Source of the DNA: a virus
Virus record (IMG/VR): IMGVR_UViG_3300025147_000004
Reading direction: 5' to 3' (one strand)
DNA: 64,000 nt
Positions within the stretch are counted from its first letter, which is position 1, and every line of letters begins with the position of its first letter. A program made the translations under genes and the position numbers. The notes beneath the pieces were generated by a model, which was not told the origin of the DNA, searched no databases, and saw only the letters and a program-made list of their open reading frames with translations. Shown here in pieces: positions 9,370 through 19,190 of this stretch.

Positions 9370-11852
9370 TATATTGATTTTAATATTTCCGTTGCTTTTA
9401 GTTGTCCTTTACTATTCATTATTCCAGTTGTAAATAACGCATCAAATCCTATAGAATTTTCTACTCCCATAACTAAATTATTACTTCCATCATACCATAT
9501 TACATCAAATGGAGATGCCGATGTATTGACCGTAAACATACCGCTTTTTTCGATAGGAATGAAATCTTTTGACCTAATTGCTGTAGATTTACTTACTGAA
9601 GCTCCGGTCGCATGATCTAGTGATCCAACCTCCCATCCTGCCGCATCCAGCTCAATTAGATTTACGCCACCTAATTCCAAATCACTTGCACCAATTCTAA
9701 GCTCTCCAGAATCGAGATCGAAATATGATCCCGCTTCGCCTAGTACGGATTGAATTCTTCCAGTTGTAATAAACCGTCCATTTATCCATGTCTTGCCATA
9801 ATCGAAAGCCTCGCCCCTTACATTGTCTACGACTTCATACAACACTCCTACACGGAAGAAATAATAATTAGCGTCACTATCATATCGGAGCATGGATTCG
9901 GTAGCTTCCCAAGTTCCAGTGTTGTTGGTTTTGGAGCATTTCGCATAGATATAATAGACTTTTATGGGGTCGGCAAGGGTGATTATCTGCGCTGGCAAAT
10001 TCCACACGTAATTTGCGCTCGTATCTGAATCGCCCCATTTAACCTCCCTATGTACGAGCATTGCCTTTGTAAATGCTAACTTATTTGGGTCGGCTAAGTA
10101 ATTGGGTTTAATATCGCCCTTTATGATGAAATTCGAAGCCTTAACTCCCATTTCCAGATACAGCGCACTGATACTGCCGACTTCGATATTTTCTGTACGA
10201 AACTTACCCGTCATAGGATCAAAAGTGTAATCTTTTAGCCTATTCAACGACTGAGAATTTCTTCTTGCTGTCTTTTCCGAAGCCTCTCTGGTGATATTAT
10301 TTACTATCTGAATTTCAGTAATATTATCCTGAATCCTGTTCAGCGTTGTGGCTATTGGCTTATCTGAAAGTACAATTTCATATATCGGAACTTGTCCAAC
10401 TCCGCCATAAGAGATGTTTAACTGTTGGATTATGATGGGTTGGTTTAAGGCTAAATCACTATCGGCTATTTTAAATAAGTCACCTTCCATTACCGTTGCA
10501 GAAACGGGAGAACTCATCATGTACATTTCACCAACCCCAACTGCGTAGGTTGCTTTGCTATGGTCGTATTCTGCCAAGTAAGCAATCCCCGCATCTCTGA
10601 GTCTAATCTCGGCAGCCTTTACGTAAATATCCGGCATAAAAAGTCCGGTAAGAACGTAATGATCTCCGGCAGAGAGATAGGTAACGTCATCTGGTAATGG
10701 GAAATTACTATCAGTGTTACGATTTACCGTTAAAGTGTAGCCTCCCACAAATGGAACTACTTGCGTCACATCCAAGGCAACTCCACCCAATCTGCCATCT
10801 GTTATTTTAATCCTGAGTGTGTCGTCACCCAGAAAGTTGTTCATGTTAAATCCAATGTCTGGAATCGTTATCTGAAAGTCGGCTTGCTCTGGAGTCAATA
10901 TGGCCGTGGAAGACACGATCACATCAATCCTTCCATTGCTTGCCGAAGTGCCACCTGCTGCACGTATCTGCTCGCCAGTCATTCCCTCGATACTCGGCTT
11001 TATATTCTCATCCCTAAATATGCCTTCACGAATTCCGTAGATAGCTATTTTCTCTGGGATTGCGTCTAGGTAGTCTATTCCTGTCGTTTCGTAATCAGGA
11101 AGCATTAGGGATGGGATATACTGTGCTGTCGGCAGTATCGAACCCACCCCTTTCTTGTATTTTAATGGTAAATTGTCTTTTGATCCATAACACCTCAGTC
11201 TCGTAACTACCGCCTCGTCCGATACTGCAATTCTGTCAATAGAATAAAGCCCCTTGTTTTTGCCGTATTCAAATATTGGCGCATGGATAGTTCCGACTGC
11301 GCCTATAGTTATAGTGCGGTTTTTAATTGTAAAATTCAGTTCGTAAGCGGCCTGTACCTGAACTAAGGCATCCAAGCAGTTGCCGTCAGAAATGGAAATA
11401 TTCTTTACGGTTGTGGGCGCATCGTTGGCGACTGTGACTGTCCATAGATTCGGATATAGTCTGTTTAGATTTGCCTGAATTCTATTTGCCAACATCCGTA
11501 CATCTCCGGTAAATTGTACTTCTGGGAATCCGGTATAATGAAGGAGATTGTCGCCAAGCACAATATCAAGAAAGTCGCACCTCTCCAGTTCACCACGCCC
11601 AATAGAGATAAATATAAGCTCATAAGAAAAGGCGTTCCCTACCGATCCGGCAAAAGCAATCTTTTTGGCTGTCGGCACGTAATCCAAAACGAAACGCTCC
11701 CCACGAAAATCTACATAATCGTCCGGCAGAAAATTGATCATCGTCGGAGATTCTACATTCAGACTTACCGACCTTTCAGACATGAAAGATCCGGTATATT
11801 TGCAATTGCCCGTAGAATATAGTTGCGTCCCGCCTTTAGAATATACTATCAT
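9369..11852 (-). CDS. large tail tip protein (Tal-like)
   Basis: 827 aa. The call rests on position and size. The N-terminus resembles siphovirus tail-tip proteins, recalled from memory. Confidence 0.45.
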   Translation of the reverse strand: MIVYSKGGTQLYSTGNCKYTGSFMSERSVSLNVESPTMINFLPDDYVDFRGERFVLDYVPTAKKIAFAGSVGNAFSYELIFISIGRGELERCDFLDIVLGDNLLHYTGFPEVQFTGDVRMLANRIQANLNRLYPNLWTVTVANDAPTTVKNISISDGNCLDALVQVQAAYELNFTIKNRTITIGAVGTIHAPIFEYGKNKGLYSIDRIAVSDEAVVTRLRCYGSKDNLPLKYKKGVGSILPTAQYIPSLMLPDYETTGIDYLDAIPEKIAIYGIREGIFRDENIKPSIEGMTGEQIRAAGGTSASNGRIDVIVSSTAILTPEQADFQITIPDIGFNMNNFLGDDTLRIKITDGRLGGVALDVTQVVPFVGGYTLTVNRNTDSNFPLPDDVTYLSAGDHYVLTGLFMPDIYVKAAEIRLRDAGIAYLAEYDHSKATYAVGVGEMYMMSSPVSATVMEGDLFKIADSDLALNQPIIIQQLNISYGGVGQVPIYEIVLSDKPIATTLNRIQDNITEIQIVNNITREASEKTARRNSQSLNRLKDYTFDPMTGKFRTENIEVGSISALYLEMGVKASNFIIKGDIKPNYLADPNKLAFTKAMLVHREVKWGDSDTSANYVWNLPAQIITLADPIKVYYIYAKCSKTNNTGTWEATESMLRYDSDANYYFFRVGVLYEVVDNVRGEAFDYGKTWINGRFITTGRIQSVLGEAGSYFDLDSGELRIGASDLELGGVNLIELDAAGWEVGSLDHATGASVSKSTAIRSKDFIPIEKSGMFTVNTSASPFDVIWYDGSNNLVMGVENSIGFDALFTTGIMNSKGQLKATEILKSI

Positions 11853-11858
11853 TTAGTA

Positions 11859-13481
11859 TTAATATTTGTAAGCTCCAATATCGTTATTCACCCTTGTTGC
11901 GTTATCGTAATCTTTAGTGACTCCGGCGGCATATCCGACAGCAATAGCGGGCGATCCGGCAGATAACTTGTAATTATGATTTGCCTCATCAATAAATAGC
12001 GGATTTGCATTATTGATATTGCCTGTAATCGTAACGCCCGTAGCTGTTCCATACACGGCATTTCCACCCATGCACATATTGTTTGCAACTATTACATTAG
12101 AATACGTGTAGGATACCTGAGCCACGTGGATAGCCGAGCTTGCCTGATCTTTAAATAAATTATTGGCTACTAAGCTATTGCTGAGATGACCATATAAAAC
12201 CACATGCCCCTGAACGGTAGCGTTGTAGTTTCCGTTTTCAGATGTATTATGAAGGAATTTAACATAACTCGACGCCAAAGGGGGAACCGCGCCGGAATAA
12301 ATCTGCAATGAAAAGCCGCGATTCATATTATAGAAGATATTGTTCTGAATCGTCACGCGGTCGCATCCCTCGATATAAGCTCCATGATCGTGATCTTTCC
12401 AATAATCGACAAATTCGCCTACGTAAACACTTCCGGCTTCAGTTGGCGAGAATCTACCTATATCGTGAATTAAACATCTTTCAATCATTATGTCACTTGA
12501 TTGCTTGCAGTAAATCGCATCTAATCCCCACGTAATCGAAGCCTTATATCTTCCATTGTCGTGTATGTGACAGTCTCTTATATTGATTCCAGTACACCCA
12601 TTCACGATTGCAATAGACATTGTGGCTGTTCCTTTTATTTCAAAGCCCTCTACATTGAAGTAGTGCGCATTATCAAAATAGAATCCATACTCGCTGGCAT
12701 TGTTATTACCATTCAGCACTGCCATTCCTTTGTTGCGAGCCTTTATGGTTATCGGTGCGCCAGCCGTTCCGCTCTTACTTGTGTAGCAAAAATCTCCGGT
12801 AATCGTATATACCCCATCCTCGACTATAATAGTGTCTCCGGCAACCGCTTTATTTACCGCCACCTGAATTGTAAGTAGCGGCGACTCGTAAGTTCCGACA
12901 TTAGTATCGCTACCTGTTTTTGCCACGTATAGGGCATTTGGGTAGACTATTGGAGTTACACCCATATACGCTTTTATATTATCTTTTAATCCAAGCAGGC
13001 TCCACTGATATTTTACTCCGCCTCTTTCAATCCAAATCAGGTCGGTATCGGTTGGCACATATCCGGCAGTTGCGGTAGAGAATAATGGGAGCGGATGTCC
13101 ATGAGAAGTCAGTGCCGCTCCGGTAAGTTTCGCTTCTATTTCCGCTTTTGTAATGTCACTATTTTTTTGCGCATTGGTTGGGGCGTACGTGGTAGGTATT
13201 ACACCAACCTTAACCTCTATCTCTGCCCTAGTAATATCCGAGTTCTTCTGAGCGTTCGTGGGCGCATGAGTTACTTGGGAGTGATTATAAGCAGTTAATC
13301 CCTGATCTCCCCTTGCTGCGGTTGCTGAAGTTGTGCCGATAGTTAATGACCGACCAGCCATAAGTGCGGCAGGAGTTGTATATTGCGGATCGGCTACTCC
13401 GGCAGATTCTCTAATCAATATCTTATCAGTGTCCAGTACCGTACTGCGGAAGGACATATCGGAAGGGAATTTCTTTGGCAT
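11859..13481 (-). CDS. tail spike with right-handed beta-helix (pectate-lyase-like) domain
   Basis: PbH1-like repeats are present (NIRDCHIHDNG, IERCLIHDIG, TIQNNIFYN, VANNLFKD). An N-terminal tandem motif APTNAQKNSDIT(R/K)AEIE(V/A)K occurs twice (13128-13265) and is conserved at protein level but not DNA level. Confidence 0.65.
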   Translation of the reverse strand: MPKKFPSDMSFRSTVLDTDKILIRESAGVADPQYTTPAALMAGRSLTIGTTSATAARGDQGLTAYNHSQVTHAPTNAQKNSDITRAEIEVKVGVIPTTYAPTNAQKNSDITKAEIEAKLTGAALTSHGHPLPLFSTATAGYVPTDTDLIWIERGGVKYQWSLLGLKDNIKAYMGVTPIVYPNALYVAKTGSDTNVGTYESPLLTIQVAVNKAVAGDTIIVEDGVYTITGDFCYTSKSGTAGAPITIKARNKGMAVLNGNNNASEYGFYFDNAHYFNVEGFEIKGTATMSIAIVNGCTGINIRDCHIHDNGRYKASITWGLDAIYCKQSSDIMIERCLIHDIGRFSPTEAGSVYVGEFVDYWKDHDHGAYIEGCDRVTIQNNIFYNMNRGFSLQIYSGAVPPLASSYVKFLHNTSENGNYNATVQGHVVLYGHLSNSLVANNLFKDQASSAIHVAQVSYTYSNVIVANNMCMGGNAVYGTATGVTITGNINNANPLFIDEANHNYKLSAGSPAIAVGYAAGVTKDYDNATRVNNDIGAYKY

Positions 13482-13493
13482 GGATTGTGCGTA

Positions 13494-14129
13494 TTAATAT
13501 GTTATATATTCGCCATCGTCTGTCGTAATTACATCACCCATATTTGTAGGCTGCTTCACGATTGTATTTAATACAAAGATAGCAAAATGATCGGGATCAG
13601 CAAATGTCTTTGAAATTGGAATATCTGCGGCATAAGTCGCATTAGTTCCATCATCCCAAAACACTATTGCCGGAACATCGAAGGTTGTAGTTATCGTGTC
13701 GGAGGCAGTTGAAAGTACATAGCACAGAGGGTTATTAATCTTTACTTTCACAGTAAAAACTACCGCCTCCTCGCCTAATCTATAATGAGCCTTATTGTCA
13801 TAGCTAACGTAGCGACATCTGATTCCACGCTGAGAGTATTCATCATACAAAGAAAACTCCGCCCCTTGCAAATAAGTCAAAAATGTTCGGATTGCCTCAG
13901 ATGCAGTTCGTAAAACTCCCTTGTATACAAACTCTAAATCCTGCTCATAGGCTTTAAAAACAGGAATTGCTGGAACATATTCTTCGTCTCCTTGCTGATC
14001 TACCCAATCGCGCTTGAACATTTCTTTTACTTCGAGTTGTCTATCTGGAATCGACTTAGTGGTGATTCCAAAGGCGTTGAAGAGGTTGAGCTTGGGAGAT
14101 GTGGATTTTTGTATATATGTTTTGTTCAT
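13494..14129 (-). CDS. distal tail protein (Dit-like) candidate
   Basis: 211 aa, in the usual position upstream of the Tal-like gene. No motif was checked. Confidence 0.35.
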   Translation of the reverse strand: MNKTYIQKSTSPKLNLFNAFGITTKSIPDRQLEVKEMFKRDWVDQQGDEEYVPAIPVFKAYEQDLEFVYKGVLRTASEAIRTFLTYLQGAEFSLYDEYSQRGIRCRYVSYDNKAHYRLGEEAVVFTVKVKINNPLCYVLSTASDTITTTFDVPAIVFWDDGTNATYAADIPISKTFADPDHFAIFVLNTIVKQPTNMGDVITTDDGEYITY

Positions 14130-14201
14130 TTGTTTTTATTTATAATAATAGATGCGCGCTAATCTTCAAAAAGTTTCTATATGTGAACCTTTTTAGATTG
14201 A

Positions 14202-16037
14202 CTATTTAGCTATCCATCCGGTATTACCCGTACCGCTTTCTTTGACATACATTGACGTATTTGCCCCGCCATCTCTACGCATAAATATAGATCCGATTGG
14301 AGCCGTGATTTGACCTTCTGGAGTCCCTGTTCCTGCAATCAATCCAGCATTTAGATTGATCGTGGCATTACTTCCAAGTCTGATCTGATCTGCACCGCCA
14401 CCAATCATGGCGCGTAATGCACCACCATTATGATCTTCAAATTTGACACCATAATTTTGCAATCTTAGATACGATCCTCCCGTGCCTGTATTTATTTTAA
14501 TTTCACCACCACCCTCTTGACCCGCCAATGATCCAGCAGACGACCATGTTCGACCTCCGCCTGTTATGGTTTGATAGAGTCCGTAAACATTGCCTCCGCT
14601 TGGCTGTCCGAATACTTGCTCCCCGTTATATTTCATAAAATAAATATTCGCGGATGGATCAACTGTTTCTGCGGCTGATCTTTTTAGCGATATTATCTTA
14701 CCATTAGCCGGAATTACTCCAAGTGGATTAATATTTATTATACCCTCTTTTGCAGGATTTACCGGCCCCACAAAATCAGCGTTTGCAATCAATGTTCCGG
14801 GACTCGTATTTGATAAATATACAGGCTCTGAAAACTTGGTTTGTTCTTGATCATTTATTGATATGTGAGTGTTTTCAAGTCCACTACTATCAACAAGTGC
14901 GGGTTTCGTTCCGGGCGTGTACCCATCAATGACAATATTTTGAGTTGCACCCGGCGCAAGATATACGCCTCCCTTTGTATTGGCAGTAGCGTCAAACATG
15001 TTATTGTGCGATATTGTATTTGACGCAGCCCTTCCCATCCTTATGCCGTAAGAATAATTCGGTAATTCGATCAGATTTTCAGTAATCACATTACCTGTGC
15101 AATACTGAGTTGCGCCAACTGCAACGTTATCAAACTCAATGGCTGCTCCATCAACTAAATTCGATCCGCACGTTGTCCAAACTGTATTTGCTTTAATTAC
15201 AGTTGCGTTTGCAAATGTACGTCCGTAAACAATTCGCCTTATACCCGAATAATAATTATCTTTTATTACAGTTCCATAACCTTGAAATCCATCGTTTAAA
15301 CCACCAAATCCTTCAACCTGAGTATCTCCCCCAAGAATAGTTGCATCCTGATTGCACGCAGTACCTATTTTTGATCCAACAAAACCACAGTCATGAATAT
15401 GCAGAGTTGTATTTGTCGTATAAACGAAAGGAGTTGAACTACCTGAGTTGTCTACTAGAGTTAATCCCTCCATCTCGATTAATCCAAGTCCTGATGTGAC
15501 AAATTTTCCATATGTGCCGGAATAGGTCATATTAAGGATTGTTCCTCCTAATATTGCAGTTCCACGCCCAGACATTAATGCCCCTTCGCCTGTAAATTTA
15601 ATTGGCGCCTGTCTTGGTGGCGTGGCCAAATCATTTACAATTGATATTTTGCCAGGTATGAAATATGCCCCAATGGGAAAATTCACTTCTCCTCCGATTC
15701 CGATAAGTGAATTTGCCGCAGACTGAACCGCGGCAGTACAATCCGATCCATTTGGCAATGCACCAAACCATTGAGCATTAATCTTTGTGAAATTTCGTTT
15801 GAAATATTCTGCACCTAATTGAAAATAAATAATTCCGTCCACCGTTGGCGTGCCTGTCACCTTCGACATTGTGAAATTCTCACCTGTATATTGGTCAATA
15901 ATTCCATATAAAACATCACCTTTTCGTTTTGCCAAAGAAAGAAGATCGTTTGATTTTATAGACAATGCTTCTGTGAAATTGGCATTTAGCTTACCTCTTA
16001 CAGATGATCCTGTTTCGCCGTTATTTATCGTTTGCAT
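14202..16037 (-). CDS. tail spike, pectate_lyase_3-type beta-helix
   Basis: INAQWFGALPNGSDCTAAVQSAANSL has the layout of the pectate_lyase_3 N-terminal motif. PbH1-like repeats follow (LHIHDCGFVG, VIKDNYYSG, VITENLIE, ISHNNMFD). Confidence 0.6.
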   Translation of the reverse strand: MQTINNGETGSSVRGKLNANFTEALSIKSNDLLSLAKRKGDVLYGIIDQYTGENFTMSKVTGTPTVDGIIYFQLGAEYFKRNFTKINAQWFGALPNGSDCTAAVQSAANSLIGIGGEVNFPIGAYFIPGKISIVNDLATPPRQAPIKFTGEGALMSGRGTAILGGTILNMTYSGTYGKFVTSGLGLIEMEGLTLVDNSGSSTPFVYTTNTTLHIHDCGFVGSKIGTACNQDATILGGDTQVEGFGGLNDGFQGYGTVIKDNYYSGIRRIVYGRTFANATVIKANTVWTTCGSNLVDGAAIEFDNVAVGATQYCTGNVITENLIELPNYSYGIRMGRAASNTISHNNMFDATANTKGGVYLAPGATQNIVIDGYTPGTKPALVDSSGLENTHISINDQEQTKFSEPVYLSNTSPGTLIANADFVGPVNPAKEGIININPLGVIPANGKIISLKRSAAETVDPSANIYFMKYNGEQVFGQPSGGNVYGLYQTITGGGRTWSSAGSLAGQEGGGEIKINTGTGGSYLRLQNYGVKFEDHNGGALRAMIGGGADQIRLGSNATINLNAGLIAGTGTPEGQITAPIGSIFMRRDGGANTSMYVKESGTGNTGWIAK

Positions 16038-16201
16038 ATCTTTGTTTTTTTATATTAATCAATCCACAATTCAGTATCAACCCATCTCTGGGAGTCTTGC
16101 CATAATCCTGTTATGAGAAGCCAATTTTCCGGCTTCGGAAGGTTCACATTTGCCCCAATGCGAACTGCATTCAACCTGTTTAAATATTGTAACAACATAT
16201 T

Positions 16202-16795
16202 TTAGTTTGTTAAAATACATTCCATAAAAATACGGATATTTGTAGATACTGCTGAAGGTGTAAAAGCGTCAACTGCTTCCACGATTATATGTATGTCTCT
16301 TGTGGTCGGATTAAGCATTACGTTTGTAAACATATCAGAAGCTACCGAAGCCCTACTACCTGTTCCAAAAGTAAGCGCAACGTGTCCTACTCTTTTTGCA
16401 GGATCGCTTACTGCATAAACGGAATTATTCACCTGATTAGTTACGGTATCCTTGTAAATGTTGACATTTATTGTCTTGCCAGCCAATCCGGTATCATCTG
16501 TCTGTACGCGCATGTTTGTAATTATTACGCCAGAACCTGCCGCTTTTGCAACATCCGCAAAGAAAGCAAGCGTACCGCCTGATATTACATCACCTGCAAG
16601 ATAAGGATCAAGATTTGCCGGACGTGTAATCATAAGATCGAATGTTCTCACAACATCTGAGAGCGAAGTGTTTCCGTCATTTAAGTCTAATACGGTAACT
16701 TTACCCATAAGCTGAGGATTGGATATTAGGCTTGTATTTTCGATGATTGTTCCTGCCGGAAACCCCATGTACGCTTCGTTTAATCTTAGTTTCAT
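16202..16795 (-). CDS. hypothetical virion protein
   Basis: 197-aa beta-rich ORF flanked by non-coding gaps. Confidence 0.4.
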   Translation of the reverse strand: MKLRLNEAYMGFPAGTIIENTSLISNPQLMGKVTVLDLNDGNTSLSDVVRTFDLMITRPANLDPYLAGDVISGGTLAFFADVAKAAGSGVIITNMRVQTDDTGLAGKTINVNIYKDTVTNQVNNSVYAVSDPAKRVGHVALTFGTGSRASVASDMFTNVMLNPTTRDIHIIVEAVDAFTPSAVSTNIRIFMECILTN

Positions 16796-16912
16796 TTCTG
16801 TGTATGTTTTGTAAATTAATATTATTCTTTTATGTTATATTACTCTTGTTGTTTTACTCGAATGGTTCAAAATACTTGTTCCTAAATGTGATTTTTTTTT
16901 TGAAAACCGAAA

Positions 16913-18403
16913 TTAAGGCGTTCTGACTTCTTGGATTATAAAATTGTCAAAATCAATACTTCCATTAATTGCATCTGGGAATATTATTGTAAAAGATCCA
17001 TTTGTCGTGCAGGTTCCCTTTCCTCTAACCGCAACCCAACTACTTGTAATATTCGGTGTGTAAATTGGATCAGACAGACCTAATCCAATGTTTACGCATA
17101 ATCTACCAGTATAATTATTGCTTTTTACAGACGCCGACCAACCGTAAGTTTTTCCAACCGTCAAAACTGTCATACCAAAATTTGCACTCCACGCAGCCGA
17201 ATTAGCATTAATAGTCATATACTTACCTAAACTATCATAAGATATTAATACGTTGGTTTTGAAATAATTGACAGTTCCGTCTGTTTCGAAGATTGAGCTT
17301 GCTAATGGGATTATGTTTGCTGATATAAACTTATTTACAACCTTATTAATGCCGAGTGCCATCCCTTGTCCAAGCTCTAAATAACCAGTCGAAGATAGAT
17401 GAACCCCATTGGTGTGAACTCCTCCAGTTTTTGGATAGCCATCATTCCGATCCAACAAAATTGATTCATACGTACATTCCACCCTACTGTTGAATACCCC
17501 ACTTGCAAATTCTGCAACAAAGGCACTCCAATATTTGTGCATGTTTTCGATGTAATAATCCTGCGAATAAACCGATTCGTCATAGTTGGCATTCCATCCT
17601 GCACCCGAATTTTCACAGATAGTGGGTATGCTAAGTAGTATCTTTAGGCTTGCATTATACGTGAGAAATCCATTAATAAGAGTTTTTGCATTGTTTATAA
17701 TGGCTGTTATCTCAGCATCGGTTAATTTATCACCAGTGATATTACAATGGGGGAAGGTATCATTCACTCCAAGTCTCATAGAAACATAATCAGGAACCGC
17801 TATTGCATTATCGGTAAAATAGGCTGCGATATTTAATGCTCCTGACTTAAAAAATGGACTTCCGGCACTTATAAAACTATACCACGCCCATCCCCCATAC
17901 CCTTCATGTTTAACCGTAGTTCCTTGTGTGCCTAAATAGGTAAGTGTGTGATTACTTAATACTGAATCCAATTGAGTTTTATAGTAGCTATTACCTAATT
18001 CAAGCAATGAATCACTAACCATTAATATATTCTTTGCTCCTAATGAAACTTGCGGAGCTGCATAAACAAATAAATTAATTGTGTAAACTCCAATTAAGTT
18101 AATCCCATTCCGAAATGTAATTGCGCACGAATGATCTCCAACATCACCAATTGCTGGGTTTATAACAAGGTTGTTACCAGAAGGTGTGCCGATATTACAC
18201 ACATATGAGACATTTAAGTTATTTATAATTGGAACATTTATCAGAGCATCGCCATAAATTGTTACTGTCTGGCCCGACATTAAACTAACGCCATTTGTCG
18301 GTAAAGCGAAATATGGCGACAATAACCATGCAGGTTTTTGGTTCACATTTGCTCCCTGCGATTGTTTAATTACCTTCACTCTGTTTATGTATTGTAGCAA
18401 CAT
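16913..18403 (-). CDS. second SGNH-like hydrolase-domain tail protein
   Basis: Degenerate SGNH blocks are present: MVSDSLLE (I), RLGVNDT (III) and GVHTNGVHLS (V). 496 aa. Confidence 0.5.
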   Translation of the reverse strand: MLLQYINRVKVIKQSQGANVNQKPAWLLSPYFALPTNGVSLMSGQTVTIYGDALINVPIINNLNVSYVCNIGTPSGNNLVINPAIGDVGDHSCAITFRNGINLIGVYTINLFVYAAPQVSLGAKNILMVSDSLLELGNSYYKTQLDSVLSNHTLTYLGTQGTTVKHEGYGGWAWYSFISAGSPFFKSGALNIAAYFTDNAIAVPDYVSMRLGVNDTFPHCNITGDKLTDAEITAIINNAKTLINGFLTYNASLKILLSIPTICENSGAGWNANYDESVYSQDYYIENMHKYWSAFVAEFASGVFNSRVECTYESILLDRNDGYPKTGGVHTNGVHLSSTGYLELGQGMALGINKVVNKFISANIIPLASSIFETDGTVNYFKTNVLISYDSLGKYMTINANSAAWSANFGMTVLTVGKTYGWSASVKSNNYTGRLCVNIGLGLSDPIYTPNITSSWVAVRGKGTCTTNGSFTIIFPDAINGSIDFDNFIIQEVRTP

Positions 18404-18420
18404 ATCTTATTAGTTATGTT

Positions 18421-18809
<389 letters not shown>

Positions 18810-18810
<1 letters not shown>

Positions 18811-19136
18811 TATTTGCGAGTTATTACGGGTTCAATTATCCAACTTCCGCCCACCCAAGTTTTTTCACGCCCATCAAGGAAAGATATGAGTACATCATAG
18901 TAGTATGTTCCGGCCTTTATATTCACGACGAATGGTGATAATTCTAATGTGAATTCGTCTATATGCGCCAAAGTAAAAGTTGCAACTGCTGGGCTGTTCT
19001 CAGACTTCCTGAGTTGCATAGTTGCGGTAGACCCTGCTAATATGTAGCTCGGCTCTGCGGGTAACTGAAACCTTACCCCCAAGAAGGTATTCCCATAAAG
19101 TACTGATTGGAGATTGTAATTATTTTGAAGTGCCAT
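18810..19136 (-). CDS. hypothetical virion protein
   Basis: 108 aa, directly downstream of the tape measure gene and with its own -7 box. Confidence 0.45.
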
Positions 19137-19140
19137 ATCG

Positions 19141-19148
19141 CAAAGTTA
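19141..19148 (-). promoter_or_regulatory. -7 box TAACTTTG only 4 nt upstream of the ATG at 19136
   Basis: The plus strand reads caaagtta at 19141-19148. The spacing implies a near-leaderless mRNA. Confidence 0.3.
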
Positions 19149-19190
19149 ATAAAAAAATTGATTTACACAAGCATTATTTGTTAGTAGCAA

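Noticed and set aside
16893-16902. The T10 homopolymer might be a slippery or phase-variable site.
   Set aside because: It lies in an intergenic gap downstream of 16913..18403, not in a coding frame. It could affect a promoter or terminator, but I have no supporting evidence.
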